From the human T2T-CHM13v2.0 reference genome, Homo sapiens, in assembly GCF_009914755.1 (NCBI RefSeq), contig NC_060938.1: a stretch of 64,000 nucleotides of DNA; one strand, given 5' to 3'. The translations under genes were made by a program, and so were the position numbers. Within the stretch, counting starts at the first letter, position 1, and every line of letters begins with the position of its first letter. The notes under the pieces were generated by a model, which did no database searches, was not told the DNA's origin, and was given only the letters and a program-made list of their open reading frames with translations. Shown here piece after piece: positions 14,327 through 34,200 of this stretch.

Positions 14327-15298
14327 TGCTATAGACAATACTTTTGGTCCCTCCAAATTCATATGTTGAACCCTAATCCTCAATGTGATTGTGATGGTAA
14401 ATTTTAGGTGTCAACTTGACTGAATTAAGAGATACCCAAATAGCTTGTAAAGCATTATTTCTGGGTACGTCTGTGAGGGTGTTGCTGAAAAGAGACTGAA
14501 ATTTGAATCAGTGGACTGAGTAGAGAACATCTGCTTTCACACAAGGTGGACAGGCACCATCCAATAGGCTGAGGGCCTGGATAGAATAAAAAGGCAACTG
14601 AAAGGCAAATTCTCTCTTTCTCTCTTCTAGAGCCAAGATACTTTTTCCCCACCCTTGAACATCAGAAATCCAGGTTCTCTGGCTTTTTGACATTGGGAGA
14701 TGCACCAGTGGTCCCCCAGGTTCTCAGGCCTTTAGACTTGGACTAAGAGTTATACCATTGGCTTTCCTGGTTCTGAGGTCTTTGGACTTGGACCGAGCCA
14801 CACTACCAGAATTCATGCTTCTCTAGCTTACAGAGAGCGTATCATGGGACCTCCTAGCCTTCACAGTAGTGTGAGCCAATTCCCCTATAATTACCGTTAT
14901 CTATCCATCTATCTATCATCTATTGATCGATCAATTGATTGATTGATCATCTCTTGTTGGTTCTATCTCTCTGAAGAACCCTGACTAAAACAGTGATGGC
15001 AGAAGGAGTTGGGCTTTGTAATGTGATTAGGTCTTGAGGGTGGAAGCCTCATGAGTGAAATTAGTATTCCCATTAAAAAAACTCCAGAGAGATCCTTTGT
15101 CCCTCCTACCATGTGAGAGTATGGAGAGAAGACAGCTGTCTATGAGCCAGGAAACAGGCCCTCCCCAAACACCAAATCTGCTGGTGCCATGATCTTGAAC
15201 ATCCTAGTCTCCAGAACTGTAAGAAATAAATTTCTGTTGTTTATAAGCTTCTTATTCAGTGGTATTTTTGTTATAGCAACCCAAATGTACTAATAACA
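14327..15298 (+). mobile_element. MLT1A-type MaLR solo LTR, split by MLT2 insertion
   Basis: Begins tgctat...ccctccaaattcatatgttgaa, resumes at 14998, and ends ctccagaactgtaagaaataaatttctgttg...taataaca. Confidence 0.85.
14390..14992 (+). mobile_element. MLT2B-type (HERV-L) solo LTR
   Basis: tgtgatggtaaattttaggtgtcaacttgact ... gaaccctgactaaaaca, with TG..CA termini and a 5-bp TSD GTGAT at 14385-14389 and 14993-14997. Confidence 0.92.
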
Positions 15299-18200
15299 CT
15301 CCATTGTTAGACATACACATGTTAAGGACTATTACGACTTCATGGAGAATTGACCCCTTTCTCATCATGTAACGTACCACTTTATCCCTGATAACTGCCC
15401 TTTGTCTGAAGTCTGATGTCTGAAATTAATATAGCTACTCTTGCTTTCTTTTAATTTATTTTAGCCTGGCATCTCTCTCCATCCAATACTTTGAATCTAT
15501 GTAAGTCTTTCTTGTAGGCAACACATAATTGGGTGTTATTTTTTGATCTACTCTGACAGTGTGTCTCTCTTTTAATTGGTGTATTTAGACTATTGAAATT
15601 TAAAGTAATTATTGTAATGTAGTTGAATCAATATCACTTATATTTGTTAGCGTTTTCTATTTGTTACTCTTTTCCTTGTTTACTATTTTTTCCTACACTT
15701 TTCTTACCTCTTGTGGCTTCAATTGAACATTTTATATAATTTCATTTTCTTTCTTTTTTAGCACATTAATCATGCTTCCATTTTTTTAACTTTTAAAAAT
15801 AGTAGCCCTACAGTCTGCCATATGCATTGATAATTTAGTCCACTTTCAAATAAAACTATATCACTTCAAAGACAACACAAGTACCTTAAAATAAAAAAAA
15901 TCCTTTCTTCCTATTTCTTTTATCATTGCTGTTATACATTTCACTTATATATGAGAATAAACAGCTATTTATATATACATATATATGTAAACTAATTTAA
16001 TATATTATTTCTATTATTTTGAAAAAATTTATCTGTTAGATCAATTAAGAATAATAAAACTGTTTTGATTTTACCTTTACTTACTCCTTCTCTTATGCTC
16101 TCCCTTTCTTTATGTAGATCTGAGTTTGTGGTATTTATCATTTTTAGAACTTCTTTTACCATTTCTTGCAAGGCAGGTCTACTGGCAATAAATTCCTTAA
16201 ATTTTTGTTTGTCAGAGAAAGTTTATGTTTCCTTCAAAGGATAATTTTGCAGAGTACAGAATTCTAGATTGAGAAGTTTTTCTTTCAATGCCTTACATTT
16301 TTTATTCCACTATCTTCTTGCTAGCTTGCAGAGTTTCTGAGATGTATTTCTTATCTTTGCTCCTCTATAGTTAAGATGATTTGTTTTTCCTTGGTTTCTT
16401 TCAGGGTTTTTAAAATTTATTTTTAATTTTCTGTAGTTTGAAAATGATATGCCTAGGTGTATAGTATTTTTAGTATTTATCCTGCTCAGTGTTCTCTAAT
16501 CTGTGGTTTGATGTCTGACATTAATTGAAATATTTCTTCTTCTCTTCTCCTCTTCTTTTAGCATTTCCATTACATGTGTGTTACACCTTTTGTAGTTGCC
16601 CCATAGTTCTTGGATATTCTGGTCGGACTTTTCTTCAGCCTTTTTTTCTCTTTTCAGTATTGGCAGTTTCTATTGCAATATTTTTAAGCTTAAAGTTTCT
16701 CTCCTCAGCCTCATCCAGTCTACCAATAAACCTAGAAAAGGCATTCATTTCTGTTACAGTATTTTTTAAATCTCTAGCAGTTTTTATGGTTCTTTTTTAT
16801 AATTTCCAGATTTCTGCTTACATTGTGCATCGGATCTTCCATGCTGTTTATTTTACTCAGTAGAGCCCTTAGCATTTTAGTCATAGTTATTTTAAATTCC
16901 TGGTCTGATAATTTCAACATCCCTGCTATATCTGAGTCTGGTTCAGATGAGTGTTCTGTCTCTTTAAACTGTAGAGTTTGGGGTTTTTTCGTTTTGTTTT
17001 GTTTCTTGTTTTGCGGGGTTTTGTGGGGCTTTTGGTCTTGCCTATTTTATATGTCTTCTATTTTTTACCTGATAGACAGGCATGTCCTCGGCAAATGGAA
17101 CAGCTCTAAGTGAGCCTTTATTAATGTATTGGTAAAGTGTGGAGGGAGGGGAAGCATTCTATGGTTCTATGAATAGGCCTCATTCTTTTACTGAGCCTGT
17201 ACCTCTGGACTGTGAACGTCACACATGCTTTCAGTGCCTCCCCATCCTTTAGTTAGGATGGATGGCTAGAGGGCGCTGGAGTTGGGTATTTCCCTTCCCC
17301 ATGCAAGTAAGGCTCTGATAGGCCCCAGCTGGTTAGGCTCTGGTCAAATAGCTTCTCTTGAGGGGAGACCTGCTGAAAACAGCAGAATATTCTGGTTTAT
17401 TTCAAATGGTTCCTTTTCTTCTCCCTCTGCCAAAAGCGTAAGAGGATTTTTCTTCAGTATTTATTACAAGAACTTAGTCAAGCTTCTGGAGATAAAACTT
17501 ACAAAAGTGTGGGACCCTAATGACTAGGTCACCCTTAATTTTTTATGTCTCAGACTCGCCCACTCTGAGCCTCCAGCAATTCGCAAGTTATAGTTCAGGT
17601 TTCCCTATCTCAGCGCTGGTTCCTGCAGATGTTTGTGTTCATGGGTTTCTGCTCCAGCAAGCTGTGGCTATTTATTCATAGGTCTCTCTAATTTGGCAGG
17701 GAGCAGTGTTTTGCCCTGTGACCACATGTCTCTGAAAAATCTAAGAAAAGTTGTTGAGTTTTCAGTTTATTCTTTTTGTTAGGATGCAATGGTAACTTTC
17801 AGCTTCTCTCTTACATGTTGGATTGGAAACCAGAAGTTGCTTTAAAAAAAATAACATAGTTTTAGTGAAGTTTGGGGAAGGAGAAGAGAAAAAAATTCAT
17901 AGGATCAATATGCCAGATTAAATTGCATGTAAAAGAGTATTTTATATTATACAGACCAAAATGGCACAGAACTTTATGGGCGTAATGCCTATACTATTTT
18001 AAAAAATAAATGCTAATATTAATCTACTTTACTTAGACTTTCCTTTTTAGACTATATGCTATCAACTTTGATGATACTGCTACTGACATTGGTTGAGAAC
18101 AACCAGTGATTTATGCTAGGTTACTGAGGTAAAATAAGTTATTGTTCATTAGCTGGCAAAACTATGGGATAAGACAGGCTGACAAAACAATTCTGTGCTG

Positions 18201-19194
18201 ATAAATTGCTGTGTACTTATTTGCAAGGCTGGCATAAATAATCTTATTTCTTCAAGGTGCAAACAATAGATAGCAAGAGACCATTAGGTGTCATGCCAGA
18301 GAAGGGCCAAGAGAGCAATACGGCATCCTCAGGGCTTTTCACAGGAGGATCATTAATTTATGTTTTCTAGTGTGTAGGCTTATTCCTGAGAAAAGTACAG
18401 TTCTGATCAGTTTCAAACCTAAAACAGTCATTGTTGAAAAGAGCAAGTCCAGTTGTTTTGTGCTATTACTTAGAAAAAGAAAATATACTGTTTATAATAT
18501 TGATGTATCTTCCAATGAATTCTAACATGAAGCAGGAGTGGCAATCATTTTGAGAATATATTTTGTTCAGTCATCATTTTCTTTTATTTCTCCCTAATTT
18601 TGAGATGAATTCTTTTAAATGGCAACTTTATTGTTTATCAAGTTCAATATTTTTAAATGTACAGTGAAATAACTCTTTTTGCCATATTGAGAAAGGAGTG
18701 CTTGTATGTAGTAAAAATATCATAATATTTAAATACAAGATTATTGCAATTGTGGATGAAAATGCTAATAAAAATTATAAGAATTAAAGTGATTTCTAAT
18801 CATGGTATCTATGACAGAGTAATATGGGAGTCTGTACTTTATTATTAATTAGAAAGTGAATATAGTATCTATTGCAGATTAGATTTAAAGGAAACTTTAC
18901 TTAAAATTAAGTGTTCTTAATGTAATTTCATCCCATAAAATACTTCCATCATAATTTCAAACATGATATTGATAAAAACATTTCAGATAAAAACACAAAT
19001 TTCCATTTTATTTCTCAACCTTTTGATGCAAAAAATGAAAAATCTGGGTGGATATGGAATACAAAATATTGGATGTTGTACCCACTGAGATTCATATTGA
19101 GATTTATAGGCTGTGTTCTGATTCTGCTGGAAGACTGACCTCTATCCAGTATTCTATTCTATGATTAATTCCTCATATGTGCTCCACAACCTAC

Positions 19195-19283
19195 TTTTTC
19201 TCCACAATTCCCAATCCTCCCCAATAGGTCTCATTCTTGTCATGTAAGCCATACTTTGTTCTTTCAGCAGTCAGTGTCTGCTT
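19195..19283 (-). other. candidate 89-nt internal exon
   Basis: Minus strand reads ctttctgtgttttgaacag|AAGCAGACA...GAGAAAAA|gtaggt. Single open frame KQTLTAERTKYGLHDKNETYWGGLGIVEK. Unique sequence. Confidence 0.35.
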
Positions 19284-20939
19284 CTGTTCAAAACACAGAA
19301 AGTTCACCAATCCATTCAAAGTTTCACCAGTAATATGTACCAAAATAAAGTTTGAAGATGTCCAACAGTGAATGCCTAATTTAGACATTACTTTTTATGT
19401 AAAGTGAATTTGCTTTTTTTCATAAGGCAATGTTACTCAATGTCTTGATGCTTTCAAAATCCCAACTGTAGATTAATACAAATGGAGACAATATAATATT
19501 GGAATCAAGTTATTACATAATTTAGATAATTTTGATAGACTGGAAATATGTGTCTACTTCTGGCTCTATTAACGATCCATTTTGTGACCCTAAAAATTAT
19601 TTCATGAATCCACATCTTAAATTAGCCCTCTGTGAATCTCATTAAAAAATAAAGAAATTGTATGAAACTTTCTCAGTTGTGTCTGATAAAATAAGTGAGG
19701 GAAAAAATTGAGATTTTTTCCTATTTATCAGATGTGTAATCAGGTTTCATTTACTTTACCAGTTCTAGGTAAATATAATCTTATATTATAAAGTTACATC
19801 AATCCTAAGGGATGTGCACAATTTGTTGTTAATTAAAATGAATACATAAGAAAAATAAGAAGAACATTCTTGGAACACTTAACAAAAAATGTACTTTTGC
19901 AATTTAACAAATCATTAGATAAAATAGCTCAGGCTTCCCATATTTATAAAATGTGAGTGATCTGCTCTCCTATTCATTCGAAGCATTTTCTTTGCATATA
20001 CAACCGATTCTACTCTTTAATGCATATTCATCATTAAACATGTTTTCTTCAGTTAAATATGCATGTGAATATAACAAGAAGATTTAGTGCTAAAAAATCA
20101 TTTTGGGGCAGATAAGATGAAATCTGCTCATTACTTACCATTTACCAAAATTTTGTTGGTCTATCTTTAATCTTCCATAAATAGATCAAATTTTCAGGGT
20201 TATATAAATCAGTAGTAAAAATTATGGTGCTTTACTTTGCTTACTAATTTTCAAAGGAAAAATAACCCTTAGAAATCAAATGGCTAGGATGTAAAAATTT
20301 TGGTAAAGCAGAGTGTTTTTTAAAATCTTGATTTGCTACATAAACTTCTAAAATAGCTCTCTCTCAAGCTCTGATTACTACATTTCATGCACTCCTTTTC
20401 TAAAGTATATATTCTTCTATCCCCCTGATGGAGAGATTGAAGAGACTAACATGCTATACAGTTAACAATTATGCCTTGACCTATTATTATATTCAAAGCA
20501 CTATAATTGACTAAAAAGTGAAGGCAGTGAGGAAACAAAACTTAATACAACATTGTCATTGCCCTCTATTTCAAATAGTGAAAGAAAATATAATTTTAAA
20601 ATTTACAATTCTATTAACATTGCTATAGAAATCTATAAATGCTCTTTTTGGTATAAAATATGCCTTTGATATTTAAAAATTCAATTGTGCACTTATAAAT
20701 GTATCCATATGCATATATTTCTGGGAAAATACACCCCAAACTGTTCATAATGTTTGCCTCTAGGCTGGAGAAAGAGCTACTTCTTATTAGGTTCTTTTGT
20801 TCCATCTGAATGCATTTTGTTCATGACATGTATTATATTCAGAACCTACTTGGTTCCAGTATAATTTATTTACAATAAAACATAATCAAGTAAAATGTGT
20901 GAGTAGAGATCAATTATGACAAATACATAACTTCTTGTA

Positions 20940-22786
<1,847 letters not shown>

Positions 22787-23169
22787 TCATCTGAGTTTTA
22801 AAATTTAATTTTGATAAATAGTAAAACTAACATTCTCTTATTATCTTGTCAATGTCTCCAGGATTATAGGATCTACAGTGATGCAAGCTTACCTTGGTTG
22901 ATTATTTCATTTCATGATCACAGTCATCTATTGGCTGATGGAATGTGTGTGAAAATAACTATTATATTTTTCAAATTATCTAGTTGTTCATTACAGAAAG
23001 ACAAAACTAGTGCAAATTACTCCATGAGTTTAGGTTAAAATCTGTGCAAAGTTTTTCAATTTTGAACTTACTTCCTTTAATAAATACAGAGTAATTCAAT
23101 TTTTCTATATTACATTCAGTTTTGATAAATTGTTTTTAATTTATCAAATTTATTAACATATTGTCAAAA

Positions 23170-24545
23170 GTGTCCAGTTTTCAACACAACTTATAAGACA
23201 TGCAAAGAAACAGGGAAATGTGACAGAAGAAACATGTAGACAATACAAACTGTTTTTGAGGGGGCCCTCATGATTAACTTATAAACGAAAACTTAGGAGA
23301 TATTACAAATATATTCAGATAATTAAAAAAAACCTAAAGAAAATAAAGGAAGATATGACAAAAATTTCCCATCAAATATAGAATATAAAGATTGAGAAAG
23401 AAATTATTAAATAAGTGCCAAGTGGAAATTAGAAATTCTGGAGTTGAAAACTCCATACTCAAAACGAAAAAAAAAATTGCTAAAATGATCAACAGTAAAT
23501 TTGAGATGGCAGAAGAAAAGAATCAGGAGCTTGAAGATATATTAAAAGATATTATTCAATCTAAGCAAAGAGAAAGAATAATTTAAACAATGAGTAAAGC
23601 CTAAGAAAAATGTGGAACACCATTAAGCACAATATATACATCAGAGAAGAAGAGAGCCAAAAGAAAGAAGAGAGACAAGAACGGGAGGAAAAAACTTCAA
23701 CATTAAATAACTAAAAAGGACTATAAAGAAATAATACACATTCTATTCAACAGCGTATGGAACTTTCTTCAAGATAGGCCACAAAACGAGCCTCAATATA
23801 CTTAAGAAAATTAAAATTATATCAAGCACTTCTATACACCAACAGTGATCAAGTGGGAAATCAAATCAAGAACTCAACCTCTTTTACAATAGCTGCAAAA
23901 AATAAAATAAAATACTTAGGAAGATACCTAACCAAGGAAGTGAAAGACCTCTACAAGGAAAACTACAAAATACTGCTAAAAGAAATCATAGACGACACAA
24001 ACAAATGGAAACACATCCCATTTTCTCGATATGTGGGAGATAAGCTATGAGGACACAAAGGCATAAGAATGATACAATGAACTTTGGGGACTTAAGAGGA
24101 AGGGTGGGAGGGGGACGAGGGATAAAAGACTACAAATAGGGTGCAGTGCATACTGCTCAGGTGATGGGTGCACCAAAATCTCAAAATCACCAGTAAAGAA
24201 CTTACTAACGTACTCAAATACTACCTGTACCCCAATAACCTATGAAAAATAAAAAAAATTAAAAAAATATTATCAACATTTGTATGCCAAATTAGCAAAA
24301 AACTTAGATAAAATAGATAAACTCCTGGAAATATAAATTAACTGAAAATGACTGGAGAAGAAATAAAGATTCTATGTAGACTTATAACAAATAAAGAGAC
24401 TGATTGATGTTTTTAAATGACTTGTCACAAAGCAAAGAATAAGCTGAGATACCTTCACTAGTAAATTTTATAGAACATTTAAAGAATTAAATCTAATTCT
24501 TCACAAACTCCTTAAAAAGTAGAATATGAATAAGCACTTTCATTT
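23170..24545 (+). mobile_element. old L1M ORF1/ORF2 fragments hosting a younger L1PB piece
   Basis: ORF1-like coiled-coil remnant at 23392-23586 (MINSKFEMAEEK..ELED). ORF2 remnant resumes at ~24270. Confidence 0.6.
23740..24265 (+). mobile_element. internally deleted L1PB (EN piece + RT piece + 3'UTR/polyA)
   Basis: ORF 23853-24050 (IKYLGRYLTKEVKDLYKENYK) is joined directly to an L1PB1-like 3'UTR (gctatgaggacacaaaggcataagaatgatacaatg...aataacctatgaaaaataaaa). Confidence 0.8.
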
Positions 24546-24554
24546 ATAAAAAAT

Positions 24555-26395
24555 AACTTTTACTCTAGGCTCAGGGGTACATGTGCAGGATTGTTACACA
24601 AGTAAATTGCATGTTATGCTGGTTTGGTGTACAGATTATTTCATCACCAAGGTAGTAAGCATAGTACCCAATAGGTAGTTTTTCTTTTTTTTTTTAAATT
24701 ATACTTTAAGTTCTAGGGTACAAGTGCACAACGTGCAGGTTTGTTACATATGTATACATGTGCCGTGTTGGTGTGCTGCACCCGTTAACTCGTCATTTAC
24801 ATTAGGTATATCTTCTAATACTATCCCTCCCCCCACCCCCCTCCCCCCATCCCCCTCCCCACACCCCATGACAGGCCCCAGTGTGTGATGTTCCCTACCC
24901 TGTGTCCAAGTGTTCTCATTGTTCAGTTCCCACCTATGAGTGAAAACATGCGGTGTTTGGTTTTCTGTCCTTGTGATAATTTGCTCAGAATGATGGTTTC
25001 CAACTTCATCCATGTCCCTGCAAAGGAGGTGAACTCATCATTTTTTATGGCTGCGTAGTATTCCATGGTGTATATGTGCCACATTTTCTTAATCCAGTCT
25101 ATCATTGATGGACATTTGGGCTGGTTCCAAGTCTTTGCTATTGTAAATAGTGCCGCAATAAACATACATGTGCATGTGTCTTTATAGCAGCATGATTTAT
25201 AATCCTTTGGGTTTATAAATCCAAAGGTTTATAAACCCTTTGGTACATACCCAGGGTATATACCCAGGGTATATACCCAGTAATGGGATGGCTGGGTCAA
25301 ATGGTATTTCTAGTTCTAGATCCTTGAGGAATCACCACACTGTCTTCCACAATGGTTGAACTAGTTTACAGTCCCACCAACAGTGTAAAAGTGTTCCTAC
25401 TTCTCCACATCCTCTCCAGCACCTGTTGTTTCCTGACTTTTTCATGATCACCACTCTAACTGGTGTGAGATGGTATCTCATTATGATTTTGATTTGCATT
25501 TCTCTGATGGCCAGTGATGATGAGCATTTTTTCATGTGTCTGTTGGCTGCATAAATGTCTTCTTTTGAGAAGTGTCTGTTCATATCCTTTGCCCACTTTT
25601 TGATGGGCTTGTTTGATTTTTTCTTGTAAATTTGTTTAAGTTCTTTGTAGATTCTGGATATTAGCCCTTTGTCAGATGGGTAGATTGTAAAAATTTTCTC
25701 CCATTCTGTAGGTTGCCTGTTCATGCTGATGGTAGTTTCTTTTGCTGTGCAGAAGCTCTTTAGATTAATTAGATCCCATTTGTCTATTTTAGCTTTTGTT
25801 GCCATTGCTTTTGGTGTTTCAGTCATAGGTAGTTTTTCATACTCCTCTCACCCTCCAAACTCAAGTACGCCCCAGTGTCTATTGTTCCTTTCTTTGTGTC
25901 CATGTGTACTCATTGTTTAGCTCCAACATATAAGTGACAATATTTGGTGTTTGGTTTTCTGTTCCTATATTAGATTGCTTAGGACAATGACCTCCAGCTC
26001 CATTTATATTGCTGCAAAGGATATTATCTTGTTTTTTTTTATGGTTGTGTGTTATTCTATGGTATATATGTACCTCTTTTTCTTTATCCAGTCTAACTTT
26101 GATGGGAATCTTGGTTGATTCCATATCTTTGATATTGTGAATAGTGCTGTGTTTAACATACACGTGCATGTGTCTTTCTGGTATCGGGATTTATATTCCT
26201 TTAAGTGTATATCCAATAATGGTATTGCTGGGTCAAATGGTAGTTCTATTTTAAGTTCTTTTATAAATCGCTAAAGTGTTTTCCACAGTGGCTGAGTTAA
26301 TTTGCATTTCCACCAGCAGTGCATAAGTGTCCCCTTTTGTCTACAACCTCACCAGCATCTGTTATTTTTTTGACTTTTTAATGCTATCCATTCTA
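24555..26395 (-). mobile_element. L1PA15/16-like 3' fragment, split by a younger L1PA
   Basis: 3'UTR at 24555-24684 continues at 25825-26395. Confidence 0.85.
24685..25824 (-). mobile_element. 5'-truncated L1PA5-like insertion
   Basis: Minus ORFs 25332-25826 and 24923-25165 are near-canonical ORF2p C-terminus. Poly(T) at 24685. Perfect 14-bp TSD ataggtagtttttc at 24671-24684 and 25825-25838. Confidence 0.95.
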
Positions 26396-31280
<4,885 letters not shown>

Positions 31281-31299
31281 AACAAGAAAAGATACAATC

Positions 31300-34200
31300 T
31301 ATATGCATCTTTAGATTGCTTATTTGAAGTTTTTTTCCATTTATTTGATGTAGGCACTTATAGGTATACATTCTCCTGTTAGTATTGCTTTTGCTGTATC
31401 CCATAGGTTTTGGTATGTTGTGTTTCCATTATTATTTATTTTAAGAAACTTTTCAATTTCCTTTTTAATTTCTTCAGTGACCCAGTAGTGATTCAGAGGA
31501 TATTGTTTAATTTCCATGTATTTGTATAGTTTCCAAAATTCCTCTTATTAACTTCTAGATTTATTCCATTGTGGTCAGATACTTGATGCTGTTTCATTTT
31601 TTGAATGTTTTAAGACTTGTTTTGTGACCTAACATATATCCTTGAGAATAACCCATGTACTGAGGTAAAGAATGTGTGCTCTGAAGCTTTTGCATGAAAT
31701 GTTCTGTAAATATCTATTAGAGCTATTTTGTCTATAGTGCAGGTTAAATCTGATGTTTCTTTGTTTATTTTCTGTCTGGAAGATCTGTCCAATGCTGAAA
31801 GTGGGGTGTTGAAGTCTCCAGCTATTATTGTATTGGGACTCATCTCTCTTTTTAGCTCTAAGTATATTTCCTTTATATATTTAAGTGCTCCAGTGCTGGG
31901 TGCATATATATATTTAAAATTGTTATATCCTCTTGCTGATTGACCCCTTTATCATTGTATAGTGACTTTCTTTGTCTCTTCTTATAGTTTTTGCATTGAA
32001 ATCTATTTTGTGTGATGTAAGTCTAGTGACTCCTGCTCCTTCTGGTTTCCATTGGCATGGAATATATTTTTCCATCCACTTGTTTTCAGTCAGTGTGTAT
32101 CTTTTTATGTGGAGTGTGTTTCTTATAGGCAACAGATCAATGAGTCTTGTTTTTTTCATCCACTCAGCCAGTCTATGTCTTTTGATTGGAGAGTTTAGTC
32201 TATTTGTATTCATTGTTACTATTATTGAGTAAGAACTTATCCTGCCATTTTGTTACTCGTTTTCTGGTTGTTTTGGGTCTTCTCTTTCTTCTTTCATTCA
32301 TTCTTTTCTCTAGTAAAGGTAATTTATTCTGATGATGTAATTTAGTTTCTTGCTTTTGATTTTTTGTGTATCCATTTTATGTTTTTTTGGTTTGAGATTA
32401 CCATGAGGCATGCAATTACTATGTTATAACTCATTATTTTAACCTGAAAGCAACTTAACAGTATTTGCATAAACAAACACACAAACAAGAGAAAAGAAAA
32501 CTAACAAAAACTCACTTTAAATTTGTCCCTGGGCTTTTTAACATTTTGTTATTTCTATTTACATCTTATTTTACTGACTATGTCTTGAAAAGTTGTTTTA
32601 GTTATAATTTTTCATTACTTTATCCTTTAGTCTTTCTAGTTAGGATAAAAGTAGTTTACACAGCACAGTTATAGTGTTATTCTATTCTGCATTTTTCTGT
32701 GTACTTACTATTACCAGTAAGTTTTGTACCTTCAGCTGATTATTCACTGCTCATTAATGTTCTTGTATTTCTGATTGAAGTACTCCCTTTAGCATTCCTT
32801 ATAGGACAGGTCTGGCATTAATGAAATCCCTTAGCTTTTGTTTGTCTGTGAAGTCTTTATTTCTCCTTCATGTTTGAAGGATATTTTCACCAGAAATACT
32901 ATCTGAGTTTAAAAGCTTTGTTTTGTTTTGTTTTTCCTTTAGCATTTTCAATATGTCATGTCACTCTCTCCTGGCCTGTAAAGTTTCCACTGAAAAGTGT
33001 GCTGCCAGATGTGTTGGAGCTCCATTGTATATTTATTTGTTTCTTTTCTGCTACTATTTTTAGGATCATTTCTCTATCCTTGACTTTGGGAGTTTGATCA
33101 TTAAATGCCTTGAGGTAGTCTTCTTTGGGTTAAATCTGCTTGGTGTTCTACAGCCATCTTGTACTTGGATATTGATATCTTTCTCTGGGTTTGGGACGTT
33201 CTCTGTTATTTTCCCTTTGAATGAACTTTCTACCCCTATCTCCTTCCCTACCTTCTCTTTTAGCCCAATAACTCTTAGATTTGCCCTTTTGAGGCTATCT
33301 TCTAAATCCTGTAGGTATGATTCATTGTTTTTTATTCCTTTTTTCTTTTGTCTCCTCTGACTATGTATTTCCAAGTCTGTCTTCATGCTCATTAAATATT
33401 TCTTTTGCTTGATCCATTTTGATGCATTCTTCAGTATGCCAATTGCATTTTTTACCTCTGGAATTTCTACTTGATTTTTTTAATTGTTTTAAACTCTTTG
33501 TTAAATTTACCTGATAGAATTCTAAATTCATTCTATTTTTTATCTTGAATTTCTTTGAGTTTTCTCAACCAGTTATTTTGAATTCTCTGTCTGAAAGGTT
33601 ACATATCTCTGTTTCTTTAGGGTTGGTCCCTGGTGTCTTATTTAGTTAACTTGGCCAAGTCATGTTCTCTTGGATGGTGTTAATGCTAGTAGATGTTCTT
33701 TGGTGTCTGGGAATTGTAGGGTTATATATTTATTTTAGTCTTCACTCTCTGGGCTTATTTGTAGCCATCCTTCTGGGGAAGTCTTTCCAGATATTTGAAA
33801 GAACTTCAGTTATGTGACATAAGCTGATTTTGCTTTAGGGGCACCCCAACCCCGGTAATGCTGTGGTTTTTACAGACTCATAGAGGTACTATCTTGATGG
33901 TCTTGGACGAGATCTGGGAGAATTCTCTGGATTACCAGGGAGAGACTCTCTCTTTCCTTACTTTCTCCAAAACATACAGAGTCTCTCTCTGTTCCGAGCC
34001 ACCTAAAGCTGGGGCTAGAGTAAGATAAGCACTTCTGTGGCCACCACCACTGTGATTGTGCTGGGTCATACCTGAAGCCAGCACAGCACTGGGTCTTCCC
34101 CAAGGCCTGCTGTATCCAATCCTTGGCTACTGCATATGTTCCCTTAAGCCCTTGTGCTCCACAATCAGAGGTGGCAAAGCTAGCCAGGCCTGAGTCTTTC

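Larger units (their letters stand above)
9570..17835 (-). mobile_element. long old L1M (L1MC/L1MD-type) element, 3'UTR to 5' region, with nested Alu, MLT1 and MLT2 insertions
   Basis: L1MC/MD-like 3' end at 9570-10300. Continuous antisense ORF2-like sequence (e.g. tttgcattcccaccagcaacgaatgagagttcc, gagaattgacccctttctcatcatgtaa). Continues into ORF1/5' sequence at ~16100-17830. Confidence 0.8.
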
